Below are positions 10,062-19,826 of a stretch of DNA of 64,000 nt, piece by piece. Position 1 is the first letter of the stretch; each line of letters starts with the position of its first letter. The position numbers and the translations under genes were made by a program. Origin of the DNA: a virus; the IMG/VR virus record IMGVR_UViG_3300020057_000035, positions 47,849 to 111,848 of that record. The stretch is one strand, 5' to 3'. The notes under the pieces are model-generated. The model did not search any database. It saw only the letters and a list, made by a program, of their open reading frames with translations, and had not been told where the DNA came from.

Positions 10062-10391
10062 ATGAGTAATGACAGCAAACACAGCATTCCTTGTCCGGGT
10101 GTAGCACCTATTTTCGGTCATACTATTCCATGTAATAAAATATATCAACATAATGGAGCATGTTTAAATTATGAGTTAGTATCATATTGGTGTTGGCCGT
10201 GTGAGAGTTTTGGATGTGAACACTTAAGTTCAGAAGAAATTGTTTTTAACATAGATCAACAACTAACAACAAGTATGTACACATATATGGTAAATGAACG
10301 AGAGAGACAATCAAGAGAGAATATGTTGAATTCTTTCACAAAGACATTAGAGAAACTAGGAACTACACTTGACAATGAGCTTGAGATATAG
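10062..10391 (+). CDS. hypothetical Cys-rich protein
   Basis: ORF directly after the Hint gene. Confidence 0.55.
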   Translation: MSNDSKHSIPCPGVAPIFGHTIPCNKIYQHNGACLNYELVSYWCWPCESFGCEHLSSEEIVFNIDQQLTTSMYTYMVNERERQSRENMLNSFTKTLEKLGTTLDNELEI

Positions 10392-10397
10392 TATGCT
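10369..10397 (+). promoter_or_regulatory. sigma70-type promoter
   Basis: TTGACA-17 bp-TATGCT. Confidence 0.55.
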
Positions 10398-10423
10398 TGT
10401 GAAAACTAACGAAACAGGGTGTC

Positions 10424-10798
10424 ATGAGTAGTAAGGATATAGTCGGTTGGGTGGAAAAGGGGTGGCTCAATTATTGTAATGATTGCGAAAGAAATAAAGA
10501 ACCAATCTCTTTATATTTTGTAAAATCATCAGATATAAGTAGAAATCCCATGATAAGGTATAAGTCTAATCAATTTACAGAGCTACACAAATGTAATGAA
10601 ATTAGACCTATTTATATTAAACAAATCCAAGAAGTTGTAAAACAGAAATATCTTAAAGAAGGCAGTAAAGTTAAAATGAAAACTTCTGGTATAGAGGCAG
10701 TAGTACATAGAATATTTGCTAGTGGAAGTGTAACATTAAAGGTAGCTGGTCAAGCAGGTGTTTTAAGAGTAAGAAAGAACGAATTGGAATTAATTTGA
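10424..10798 (+). CDS. hypothetical protein, possible C-terminal SH3/KOW-like domain
   Basis: LKEGSKVKMKTSGIEAVV pattern. Confidence 0.5.
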   Translation: MSSKDIVGWVEKGWLNYCNDCERNKEPISLYFVKSSDISRNPMIRYKSNQFTELHKCNEIRPIYIKQIQEVVKQKYLKEGSKVKMKTSGIEAVVHRIFASGSVTLKVAGQAGVLRVRKNELELI

Positions 10799-10969
10799 AG
10801 AAATCACTAGAAGAAATATGGGCAGAAAAAACATACAAACTACTAAAGAAATACGAATGGGTAAATGACCACGAGTGTCTTACGTTTTGTATGAGTGGGT
10901 ATTTAAGTAGTCATGTTCTTAAACATTCTGAAAAATGTGAACTAAATTCTTTATTAAAAGAATGGGAAA

Positions 10970-11383
10970 ATGAATAATTTGGAAGAACGAGAACCAGAGA
11001 TAAAAGAATCAGGACATTATGATCCTAGTAATAAATTAAAAGAAGACACACCAGATAGTATTTTTCATAGAGCACAAATCTTATTAAAGAATGAAAGCAA
11101 ATGGTGTCAAAACTCTGTAGCTATAAACAGAAACGGAGAAAAAGTAAGTGCTTTACATAAAGATGCAGTAGCTTGGGATATCTACGGTGCTATTATGAAA
11201 ACATGTAACCAGTATAGACCAGATCTTCTTATAAAAACATTAGACTATTTAGAGACATTAAATCTAGGAAAGTTTAGTTCCATTATAGATCTAAATGATT
11301 ATGGTACTCATAGTGATGTTTATTGGTTATTGTCAAAAGCGGCAATAGATTATAAATTGTGGAAAAAACGTGTTAATTCTTAG
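10970..11383 (+). CDS. hypothetical phage protein (DUF6197-like)
   Basis: WCQ..A...G..V......AVAWDIYGA pattern. Confidence 0.5.
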   Translation: MNNLEEREPEIKESGHYDPSNKLKEDTPDSIFHRAQILLKNESKWCQNSVAINRNGEKVSALHKDAVAWDIYGAIMKTCNQYRPDLLIKTLDYLETLNLGKFSSIIDLNDYGTHSDVYWLLSKAAIDYKLWKKRVNS

Positions 11384-11448
11384 TTGGCAAATTTGGCTTG
11401 TTGTTTTGTTCATAGTTTTGTTTTTTCTTATTTTAAATGGGATTCGTA

Positions 11449-11616
11449 ATGACAGACATTGAATTAAATTTCGAGGGTTATTGTGAGATATGTGATGTTG
11501 CCCTCAGAGAAGATGCTATTAGAAAAGGTGAAAGTCTTTGTATAGAATGTGCATCAAGAAGAAAGAAATCGCAAAAAACTAAAAGAGAAAAAGATCCTTG
11601 GCCGGAGAAGTATTAA
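11449..11616 (+). CDS. small DksA/TraR-type C4 zinc-finger protein, 55 aa (not in the ORF track)
   Basis: MTDIELNFEGYCEICDVALREDAIRKGESLCIECASRRKK. Confidence 0.5.
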   Translation: MTDIELNFEGYCEICDVALREDAIRKGESLCIECASRRKKSQKTKREKDPWPEKY

Positions 11617-11911
11617 TATTAAAAGATCTATTGTTTTAGATGTTCTAGTTACTTACCAAAAAGAAATAGAAAAACGTAAACAAGAAGCAGTAGGGTATGA
11701 AACTTTATTAAAAGAGATAAAATTAAAAATAGGAAAAGTTTCTATTATGATAGCTGGCCCTTTACATTTAGCAGATAATTGTGTACAGTGTCAAGACGAC
11801 ATTATAGAGGCAAAACTAAATTTAAATTCTGCGTGGGCACTCTTGACAAATCATCAAAACAGTGGTCCGCTAGACTCAGACAAAGAAGATACTAGAATCG
11901 AACAGCATTAA
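11549..11911 (+). CDS. hypothetical protein
   Basis: ORF; true start may be downstream. Confidence 0.4.
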   Translation: MHQEERNRKKLKEKKILGRRSINIKRSIVLDVLVTYQKEIEKRKQEAVGYETLLKEIKLKIGKVSIMIAGPLHLADNCVQCQDDIIEAKLNLNSAWALLTNHQNSGPLDSDKEDTRIEQH

Positions 11912-12429
11912 GAGATTTACAAAATAGCGTAAGTGGACTTAGTTTGTATGTTGATCAAATACATTCGGGGATTAGGATTAACAATGATTGAAAAAATAGC
12001 TAAAATAGAAAAAACACAACTTGGAATTATGAAAAAGAAAGATTTATTACATTTAGCTGCGGAACTACTTCAGGGTAGGGGTTGGGACTACGACGACTCA
12101 GATGAAACTGTATATTGTCTTAATTGTTTAGGGGAAAAATATATTCACACTGATACATGTGAGTTAAAGAAATTTCAAGATCAATTTTTACTTAAATACC
12201 CAGATTCTTCCATTACTTTTTATAGATAATGATAAAAGAAAAATTCATGTGGGAAAAAGTTAATGAAAGAGTTTCTATAATAGAGGATTTAGCTCAATGG
12301 TACAAAGAAACAGAAAATAAGTTTTTAACTGGTGAAAATGTGAATAGACTAACAGAACTATGCGAAAGGGCACAAAAATTAGTAAATGTTAAATAAAATA
12401 ACTATTTATATTCCTGAGGGGAAAGCTTA

Positions 12430-12735
12430 ATGAGTGCAGAAGAAGGATCAATATGTCTTACATATATTGGTCAAGTAACATGCTACGGATCAGAAGAGTG
12501 TTTATTACCGCCTACTTTTAGATTAGATATTGGTGAGTACTCTGATTGGAATGGTGGGGTATACTTGTGTCATGCCCATGCCACTATCGCAATAGAGGAA
12601 GCAATTAAAAATAGGTATCAATGGCTTGATTTAGATTATTATAATAAACTTAACAAAGAAACAATAGATGGATTCAAACTAGAGCGAGATAATTTTTACT
12701 CTGCTGTTAATATAGAGTTGGAAAAAGGAAAGTAA
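12430..12735 (+). CDS. hypothetical protein
   Basis: ORF with GAGGGG RBS. Confidence 0.55.
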   Translation: MSAEEGSICLTYIGQVTCYGSEECLLPPTFRLDIGEYSDWNGGVYLCHAHATIAIEEAIKNRYQWLDLDYYNKLNKETIDGFKLERDNFYSAVNIELEKGK

Positions 12736-12804
12736 GTATAATGATGGCTTTATTAAATGGTCCTTTTAATTGAAATGCAGAAAATACTACGTGCGATAAA
12801 TGTA

Positions 12805-13009
12805 ATGAATAGTGTACGAGTGCTTTCACTTTTCGACGGAATGTCTGTCGCATACACAAGTCCGTAAACTAACTCCTATAGAGTGTGAGAGACTTCAAGG
12901 ACTTGAGGACAATTTCACAAAAGGTGTTTCAAATACTCAACGTTATAAAATGTTGGGTAACGCATTTAATGCAGATATAATAGCACATATACTTTCGAAT
13001 ATTAAATAA
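12805..13009 (+). pseudogene. internally deleted C5-cytosine methyltransferase
   Basis: N-terminal MNSVRVLSLFDGMS joined out of frame to C-terminal RKLTPIECERLQG...YKMLGNAF. Confidence 0.75.
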
Positions 13010-13017
13010 GGAAAATA

Positions 13018-13686
13018 ATGATTGATTTTGAGTACAAAGAATATACACTAACAGAAGTGACAATAAATGAAGGTGGTATAGATCTTAGATTTGGGTGGTC
13101 TTTTTTTGCAGAAGAAAACAGAGATAATATAACTCCAGAAGTTGGAGATACTGTTCGTATTTATGGAAAAGGAATTGGTTTCTCTGTTCGTGGTGTAGAA
13201 ATTGTAAATAAAGGGTTTCTTTTCTATAGAACAAAAGATCAGGAAGAAGGAAAAAGAGATCTCGAACAGCAAGAACGTATACAAGAAAAAGAAGATAATT
13301 TAACTAAAACCATGGAAATAAGAAACTTAAATTGGTCTAAGCTTCCATATTCTTTTCAAGAGCGTAAAAAAAGATTTGAAAAGAATAATCCAAACTGGAG
13401 AAGAGACCACGAAGAGTATGAATTATTTGTGTGTCAAGAAGCATTTAATTTTAGTAATCATTTTTCTACCTCTGCTGATCTATTAAGATGGCAAAAGCTA
13501 CCCTACGAAAAACAACAAGAAGCTTTTACATTTAGTGATTCTCATTCTGGAAATACTTTCGAAGCTTCTTGTTTCTTTGCTTCTTTATTTTTAGAAGAAA
13601 AAGAAGTAGAATTAGTTGCACAACATGGCTCTATTTGTCCATTAGTTGGGTGTATTGAGTATGGGTGTGTGAAAACAGATAATTAA
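13018..13686 (+). CDS. hypothetical phage protein
   Basis: 222-aa ORF with AAGGA RBS. Confidence 0.7.
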   Translation: MIDFEYKEYTLTEVTINEGGIDLRFGWSFFAEENRDNITPEVGDTVRIYGKGIGFSVRGVEIVNKGFLFYRTKDQEEGKRDLEQQERIQEKEDNLTKTMEIRNLNWSKLPYSFQERKKRFEKNNPNWRRDHEEYELFVCQEAFNFSNHFSTSADLLRWQKLPYEKQQEAFTFSDSHSGNTFEASCFFASLFLEEKEVELVAQHGSICPLVGCIEYGCVKTDN

Positions 13687-13846
13687 CTCTACAGAAAAAT
13701 TATATGTAATATTGGTATAGGATATCCTATACAACAAGAAGAAGAAGAGCGCGTTCGTAAGAACATATATAACACTGAATTTCATTCTATTATGTTAAAG
13801 GATATTTAAGCGATTGATAATGTTATTAAATTAATTGAAAAAACAC

Positions 13847-13875
13847 TTGACATATAGACAGAAACAAAGTAAGAT
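13847..13875 (+). promoter_or_regulatory. sigma70-type promoter
   Basis: TTGACA-17 bp-TAAGAT. Confidence 0.55.
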
Positions 13876-13909
13876 TAAATAAAAAAGAGTAATAATAGGT
13901 TCTAATAAA

Positions 13910-14434
13910 ATGAAGATAGCATTTGTAGGTCCAATTTTCAGTGGTAAAACCCGTACAGCACTAGCATTAGGCTATGTTACTAAAATAGAAACACTGGCTT
14001 TTGGTGATTTAGTTAAAGAAGAAGTTGCTAGGGCAGTTTCAGATAATGATCCAATAGAAAGATCTAGAGTACTACATGAAATGCACACCCCAGAACTAAA
14101 ATACAAATGGAGAGAAATACTTCAAGTGTGGGGTACTGAAGTTAGACGTAGACATTATGGTGATGATTATTGGGTTAAAAAAATGGAAAATGAGTTACTT
14201 GATTTCTCTTCCATTATAGTAGATGATTGTAGATTTTGGAATGAATATGACATGCTTAAAGAGCATGATTTTTGGTTTGTAAGATGTATGCCAAAAGAGG
14301 CAAATACTTCATTAACAGCACTGCATGAGAGCGAAATGTATTGGGCACAGTTTCCAGTAGATTTAACTTTAGAGTGGAAACCAGTCGAGAAAAGAGTTAA
14401 AGATATAATTAAGAAGTTTAATTATCACATATAA
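13910..14434 (+). CDS. deoxynucleoside monophosphate kinase
   Basis: GPIFSGKT P-loop, REILQVWGTEVRR, DDCRFWNE, HESE. Confidence 0.85.
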   Translation: MKIAFVGPIFSGKTRTALALGYVTKIETLAFGDLVKEEVARAVSDNDPIERSRVLHEMHTPELKYKWREILQVWGTEVRRRHYGDDYWVKKMENELLDFSSIIVDDCRFWNEYDMLKEHDFWFVRCMPKEANTSLTALHESEMYWAQFPVDLTLEWKPVEKRVKDIIKKFNYHI

Positions 14435-14476
14435 AGCAACTGACTGTTTTATAGAAAAGTGTGATATAATAAACAT

Positions 14477-15625
14477 ATGCCAAATAAAATAAAAACAAGA
14501 AAGCATATGATAAAAACATACCAATATAGATTACAAACAAGAAAAAATACAGAAGAGAAATTATTATTCACTCTTGAGCAGTGTAGATTGCTTTACAATA
14601 AGATATTAGAAACAAAAATTAAATATTATGAAATAGAAATTAAATCATTATCTATGTTTGATTGTAATAATTTAATTAAAACTTGGGAAATAAAAAATGT
14701 TAATGCTCAAGTATTGCAAAATGTTTCAGCAAGAGTAGATAATGCATTTAAAGGCTTTTTCAGAAGACTAAAAACAAAAGAAAAAAAAGCTGGTTTTCCT
14801 AGATTTAGGGGATTTAATAGATATGATTCTTTTACCTTTCCTCAATATGGATTTAAATTGAATGGAAAATATCTCAAACTACAAAATATTGGAATTGTTA
14901 AAGTAATTTTACATAGACCAATTGAAGGTAGAATTAAAACATGTACAATTAAACGAAATGGATTAAATCAATGGTTTGTTAGTTTTGTTTGTGAAATAGA
15001 TAAAGAAATAATTATTAGTGATAATAAAAAAGCAATAGGTATTGATGTTGGGTGTAATAAATTTGCAGTAACAAGTGATAATACAATAATTGAGCACCCA
15101 CATTATTACAGACAATCAGAAAAAAAACTAAAAGAACTTCAATCAAACTTTAATGAAGTAATCAATTTATCAAATGATAATAAAAAGAAAATAAATATAA
15201 GGAAAAAACTAACAAGAACACATATTAAAGTAAAGAATCAAAGAAAAGATTTCTTACACAAAACAAGTAGAAGTATAGTAAATGAAAATGGTATTATTTG
15301 TGTAGAAAAACTAAATATTAAGAAAATGACTTCTGATAACTGGAAGTCACTAAACAAAAGCATGCTTGATGGTGGTTGGTATAACTTCAAACAAATGCTA
15401 ACTTACAAGGCAGAATGGGCCGGTAAGAAAGTAGTTGAAGTAAATCCAGCATTCACCAGTCAAACATGTAGTAAATGTGGAAATATTAAAAAGAAAGAAT
15501 TAAATGAAAGAGTACATAATTGTTCATTTTGTGGATTAATATGTGATCGAGATTTTAATGCTTCTTTAAATATATTAAGAGTTGGGATGAACTCTTTGAG
15601 TAGAAATATTCTAAATGCTGTTTAA
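14477..15625 (+). CDS. tnpB: IS200/IS605-family RNA-guided nuclease TnpB; no tnpA in window
   Basis: TYQYRL N-terminus, GFPRF, RuvC IGIDVG / ICVEKL / DRDFNAS intact, TSQTCSKCG...CSFCG zinc finger. Confidence 0.93.
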   Translation: MPNKIKTRKHMIKTYQYRLQTRKNTEEKLLFTLEQCRLLYNKILETKIKYYEIEIKSLSMFDCNNLIKTWEIKNVNAQVLQNVSARVDNAFKGFFRRLKTKEKKAGFPRFRGFNRYDSFTFPQYGFKLNGKYLKLQNIGIVKVILHRPIEGRIKTCTIKRNGLNQWFVSFVCEIDKEIIISDNKKAIGIDVGCNKFAVTSDNTIIEHPHYYRQSEKKLKELQSNFNEVINLSNDNKKKINIRKKLTRTHIKVKNQRKDFLHKTSRSIVNENGIICVEKLNIKKMTSDNWKSLNKSMLDGGWYNFKQMLTYKAEWAGKKVVEVNPAFTSQTCSKCGNIKKKELNERVHNCSFCGLICDRDFNASLNILRVGMNSLSRNILNAV

Positions 15626-15980
15626 TAAACAAGCGCATTCGTACAGACGAATAATAGAAACGTTTGGTTACGAAATATTATTCTGGAGAGAATTTGGAAT
15701 ATTACAAGGAGATAGTTTTGTTCTTTTAAAAAAAGATTCTGATTTTGGATATTTAGTCATTGGTTGGGGCAGTTGTTTGGGGTGTGATGTGTTGATGAGA
15801 ACTACTACAGCGAAAGAATTTATAGAATTAGAAAATATCTTACAAAATAAGATATTTTGGGGAACTGCAAGTGGAATCATCAAACATATTGCAGAAGACT
15901 GTTATGATTGGTACCTTTATGAGGAAGATTTTGTTGATCTATTTAAAGAGGCAGTTGAAATAATTAAGGAAAATATCTGA
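15615..15980 (+). CDS. hypothetical phage protein
   Basis: GYLVIGWGSCLGCD motif. Confidence 0.6.
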   Translation: MLFNKQAHSYRRIIETFGYEILFWREFGILQGDSFVLLKKDSDFGYLVIGWGSCLGCDVLMRTTTAKEFIELENILQNKIFWGTASGIIKHIAEDCYDWYLYEEDFVDLFKEAVEIIKENI

Positions 15981-16031
15981 TTCTACTGCCACAATGCCGC
16001 TGAGAAGCTGTAGGAACGCGCTGAGACAGCT

Positions 16032-16493
16032 TTGTGGTTAAAAAGCTGTCTAACTACTACTTTTCTAAATGAGGGCGGAAAACGTGTTTCTGCTATACTT
16101 AGTATATCGGAGTATACAATTATTTATACAGATTGTGTTGGAATGTCGGGGGGAAAAAGAAAAAAGACATGTATGCGATGTTCTTCTGCTTTACCTCCAC
16201 GTAGAATAAAGTGGTGCTCTAATAAGTGCAGCAATTGGTGGTTCGATAATCATTGGTATTTTAAAGCCAGACGTAAGGTAGTATTAAAAGCGCGGGTACT
16301 TGACAAAAGAAAAGTTTTAGGGTACACGTGTGCTATATGTAATACTTTAGTACAAATAATAGAAGTCGATCATATAATTAGAGCAATGGGAACGCATAAT
16401 ATATTAAGCTGTCTACATCATCAAGATAATCTTAGGGTATTATGCATTCCCTGCCATAGAATAATAACCAAGGAACAAAGGAAAACAAAGTAG
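16032..16493 (+). CDS. HNH endonuclease (true start probably near 16143)
   Basis: CAIC...EVDHII...NLRVLCIPCH. Confidence 0.8.
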   Translation: MWLKSCLTTTFLNEGGKRVSAILSISEYTIIYTDCVGMSGGKRKKTCMRCSSALPPRRIKWCSNKCSNWWFDNHWYFKARRKVVLKARVLDKRKVLGYTCAICNTLVQIIEVDHIIRAMGTHNILSCLHHQDNLRVLCIPCHRIITKEQRKTK

Positions 16494-17209
16494 AAAATCA
16501 AGTAATACAAGATGATTGTTTAGCTGTTCTAAAAACTCTTCAAGATAAATGTGTTGATTTAGTTGTAACAAGTCCACCATATAATATGCGAACTCGTATT
16601 AGAAATGGTAAATATACTACGAGAGAAAAGACAGAACACTTTAGTAAAAAATATAAACACTTTGATGATGCATTATCAATAGAAGATTTTTATGAATTTC
16701 ATAGCTTTGTATTAAAAGAATTATTGCGTGTATCAAAGATAGTTTGTTACAACTTTCAAATAGTAACTGGCAGTAAAGAAGCATTTTTTAAGATCATTGG
16801 AGATTTTAACAAAGACATAAAAGATATTATTATTTGGGATAAAAACACAGGTCAACCAGCAATGCATCAGCAGGTATTAAATAGTTGTTATGAGATGATT
16901 TTAGTATTAGAAGATGATAAAAAAGCAGGTAGACTTATACAAAACGCAAAATTTAAAAGAGGAGAAATGAATAATATTTTGCGTATAGGTAGAGGTAAAA
17001 AAATATCTGATATTCATGGTGCTATTTTTCCAGAAGAGTTACCAGATATTTTAATAAAAGCATTTTCAAACGAGGGCGATGTTGTTTTAGATCCTTTTGC
17101 TGGAAGCGGAACCACTTTAGTATCCGCAAAGAAAAACAACAGGAAGTATGTAGGGATTGAAATAAGTTCAGAATATGTAAACAGTATCAATAAGAGACTA
17201 GAGGAATAA
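16490..17209 (+). CDS. N4C/N6A DNA methyltransferase; frame extends upstream of the annotated ATG
   Basis: in-frame DDCL...VDLVVTSPPYN upstream of 16586; HGAIFPE and LDPFAGSGTT. Confidence 0.85.
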   Translation, partial: VENQVIQDDCLAVLKTLQDKCVDLVVTSPPYNMRTRIRNGKYTTREKTEHFSKKYKHFDDALSIEDFYEFHSFVLKELLRVSKIVCYNFQIVTGSKEAFFKIIGDFNKDIKDIIIWDKNTGQPAMHQQVLNSCYEMILVLEDDKKAGRLIQNAKFKRGEMNNILRIGRGKKISDIHGAIFPEELPDILIKAFSNEGDVVLDPFAGSGTTLVSAKKNNRKYVGIEISSEYVNSINKRLEE

Positions 17210-17210
17210 T

Positions 17211-17921
17211 TTGGAAAAAAACACAGTTACACAAGGAGATTGTCTTTTAGTAATGAAGGACATACCTAATAAATCAATAGATATGATTTTATGCGATCTT
17301 CCTTATCAAATTACTAAATTAAAATGGGATATCATTATACCTTTTGATTTATTGTGGGAACAGTACAAAAGAATTATTAAAGACAACGGCGCAATAGTTT
17401 TGACAGCAAGTCAACCATTTACTAGTGCTTTAATTATGAGCAATATCAAAATGTTTAAATATGAATGGATATGGCAAAAGTCAAAAGCAACAGGATTTCT
17501 TGATTGTAAATTAAAACCACTCAACAACTATGAAGACATAGTGATCTTCTCTAATGGAAAAACAACCTACAACCCACAAATGATTAAGGGAAAATTACAT
17601 AAGAACGGTGGTGGGAAAACTGGACCAGCAGAAGTTTATGGTAACTTTGCAGATAGAAAGTCTAGTGAGACTGATTTGTATTATCCAAAGAGAATTATTC
17701 AATTTACAACTGAACACGGTCTTCATCCCACCCAAAAGCCAGTAAAACTATTTGAGTATCTTATCAAGACCTACACAAATGAAGGAGATCTTGTATTAGA
17801 TAATTGTGCAGGCTCAGGGACTACTGGTGTAGCTGCTATAAATACTGGTAGAAATTATATGCTTATTGAAAAAGAGCAAAAATATGTAAACAGTATCAAC
17901 AAGAGATTAAATACGACATGA
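17211..17921 (+). CDS. N4C/N6A DNA methyltransferase
   Basis: CDLPY, HPTQKPV, LDNCAGSGTT. Confidence 0.92.
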   Translation: MEKNTVTQGDCLLVMKDIPNKSIDMILCDLPYQITKLKWDIIIPFDLLWEQYKRIIKDNGAIVLTASQPFTSALIMSNIKMFKYEWIWQKSKATGFLDCKLKPLNNYEDIVIFSNGKTTYNPQMIKGKLHKNGGGKTGPAEVYGNFADRKSSETDLYYPKRIIQFTTEHGLHPTQKPVKLFEYLIKTYTNEGDLVLDNCAGSGTTGVAAINTGRNYMLIEKEQKYVNSINKRLNTT

Positions 17922-18370
17922 GAAGAATTTTATTCAATGAATTAATAGAAGGAGCAAAGAAACTAAAAGAAAAACGTATAGATAACGAAGAATTACGCGA
18001 AATTGATAAAAATATAGCAGAACTTTTAGGATATGATGTATCAGATGGTTTTTATTACAGAGGAGGAGATCCAGAAGAAGGAGTACCAGCACACAAAGTA
18101 AGCAGAGCTATACAAATAAAACCAAAAGGAAGCGCATCATGGTTCTACAAAAACTGCCCTTATTACACGGTAGACATAAAAGCAGCATTAGAGTTAATGA
18201 ATGAAATGAAGGAGTTAAATCCTTTTCTTGGTTTTTCCGCTCATTTTTCTCGCGAGTGGGTATACACGTGGTATCCAGAAAACAGTTCTGTACCAGAAAA
18301 CAGCATCTCAGATGAACCTGCTCATGCAATAGCTTTGGGATGGCTGAAATGGAAAACTAAAGGAGAATAA
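17918..18370 (+). CDS. phage ABA-sandwich-domain-like protein
   Basis: IAELLG...PYYTVDIKAALEL...AHAIALGWL pattern. Confidence 0.55.
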   Translation: MRRILFNELIEGAKKLKEKRIDNEELREIDKNIAELLGYDVSDGFYYRGGDPEEGVPAHKVSRAIQIKPKGSASWFYKNCPYYTVDIKAALELMNEMKELNPFLGFSAHFSREWVYTWYPENSSVPENSISDEPAHAIALGWLKWKTKGE

Positions 18371-18436
18371 GTGAAAATATTAGAATTATTTGCAGGAAGT
18401 TGTTCTATTGGTAAAGAAGCTAAAACCACCCTCTAG
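18371..18436 (+). pseudogene. N-terminal fragment of a C5-cytosine methyltransferase
   Basis: GGAG RBS, MKILELFAGSCSIGK (motif I) then a stop at the strand-switch point. Confidence 0.6.
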
Positions 18437-18457
18437 GACTTTAAATTCTATTAACAT

Positions 18458-18790
18458 TCAATGTATTTCCCATTCATTTATCTCTGCCATCACATGTGGT
18501 TCAGAATGATACCAGAACGTTTCATCATTTTTGATCCATGTTCCTGTGTGATTTTCCCAAGACTTCATTGCAGCTTCAGGAGAAGAAAATACTCCTTCTA
18601 TATATCTAACCTCAATGAAAGTTGTTAGTATATATACTTTTTTATTAAATAGTTGATTAGCTCTAATCATTCTTTGATCTAAAGAGCCATATGAGACACA
18701 CATAGAACAACCATAAGAAGAAAAATTATCAACACAAGAACAAGAAGGATCACATTGCTGTAAAACTGAGCAAGGACAAGATCTATTCAT
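18458..18790 (-). CDS. hypothetical Cys-rich protein
   Basis: CPC...CDPSCSC...CSMC. Confidence 0.55.
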   Translation of the reverse strand: MNRSCPCSVLQQCDPSCSCVDNFSSYGCSMCVSYGSLDQRMIRANQLFNKKVYILTTFIEVRYIEGVFSSPEAAMKSWENHTGTWIKNDETFWYHSEPHVMAEINEWEIH

Positions 18791-18991
18791 GAGTTATTGG
18801 GTGCTTTACTTTTAGTACTTTATATCCCATGTGACTAGCTAATTTAAATGTTTCAGTGTCATTATCTGTTGCATGAACTAAACTTGGTGAACTACCAATA
18901 TCATAATCATCTATTCCTTTATTTTTATATACTAAGTACATTATTTACATCTTCTGCATTTCTTTGGTTCTTCATTGCTTTCCCAATCATA

Positions 18992-19041
18992 AGTGAACAA
19001 AGTTGTTCGCAAGCTCACTAATTAATTAGTGAGTACTTGAC
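18992..19041 (+). mobile_element. solo IS200/IS605 right end / omegaRNA 3' remnant
   Basis: hairpin plus CAAGCTCACTAATTAATTAGTGAGTACTTGAC; near-identical copy at 25681-25730. Confidence 0.6.
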
Positions 19042-19047
19042 ACATGA

Positions 19048-19076
19048 AGTATATCAGAAAAGTGTCAGTTTGTCAA
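19048..19076 (-). promoter_or_regulatory. sigma70-type promoter
   Basis: TTGACA-17 bp (ending TGA)-TATACT. Confidence 0.6.
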
Positions 19077-19084
19077 TAGGTTAA

Positions 19085-19387
19085 TTATGGTATTTTTAAA
19101 TCTGATGCACTCGGCATAGAGCTTGATGATGGGTTAGGGGGCGCGGGTAATGGATAGTTTGATGATCGATCTGCTGCCGACTGAGCTACTTGATGTGATC
19201 CCGTTATTAAGGTTACGATTGAAGTCATAAGAGCGCCTAGTGTTGCAAATAAACTCTCTGGTAAACCCCAGATAGCGATAGATGGGATAGCAATAATTGC
19301 CAATATAAGTATTGATCCTACTCCTATAGATAAACCAATAATGAGACCAGATAGTTTACGAGACTCTGCTGGATCATAAAGTTTCAT
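19085..19387 (-). CDS. membrane protein, holin-like
   Basis: two TM segments; paralog of the next gene. Confidence 0.55.
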   Translation of the reverse strand: MKLYDPAESRKLSGLIIGLSIGVGSILILAIIAIPSIAIWGLPESLFATLGALMTSIVTLITGSHQVAQSAADRSSNYPLPAPPNPSSSSMPSASDLKIP

Positions 19388-19641
19388 TATCTAATCCTGT
19401 TATCTTTTTTAGGACGTGATTCAGACGGTTGATAGTTTGGAGATCTATCCGCCATAGTTTGTCCAACCTGGTGACCAATACCAATTCCCGTAATCAAGGC
19501 ACCAATCTGCTCAAACAATCCCGTATCCATACCAAAAACAGACACTGCTACTATAGCAAGGATACAAAGAAGTAACAACGCACATAATACAACAATAAGA
19601 CTAATGAGTTTTCTACTAGGGGGTATGGTTGGTAAATTCAA
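19387..19641 (-). CDS. membrane protein, holin-like
   Basis: two TM segments; shared HQVxQxxADRSxNY motif. Confidence 0.55.
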   Translation of the reverse strand: MNLPTIPPSRKLISLIVVLCALLLLCILAIVAVSVFGMDTGLFEQIGALITGIGIGHQVGQTMADRSPNYQPSESRPKKDNRIR

Positions 19642-19826
19642 AAATTATCTCAGATTATATTGCGCCACTAGCTGTTGTTATTGCATATAAAAATACCCAT
19701 GCGGCAAAAACAACGCCTGCAATTAAAATAAGCCATTTACGACGAGTCATTTTATTCCTTCTCCTAACATACCAACTACAAGAAATATTGATATTAGTAT
19801 TAGTATAAACCACACAACTGGTGTTT

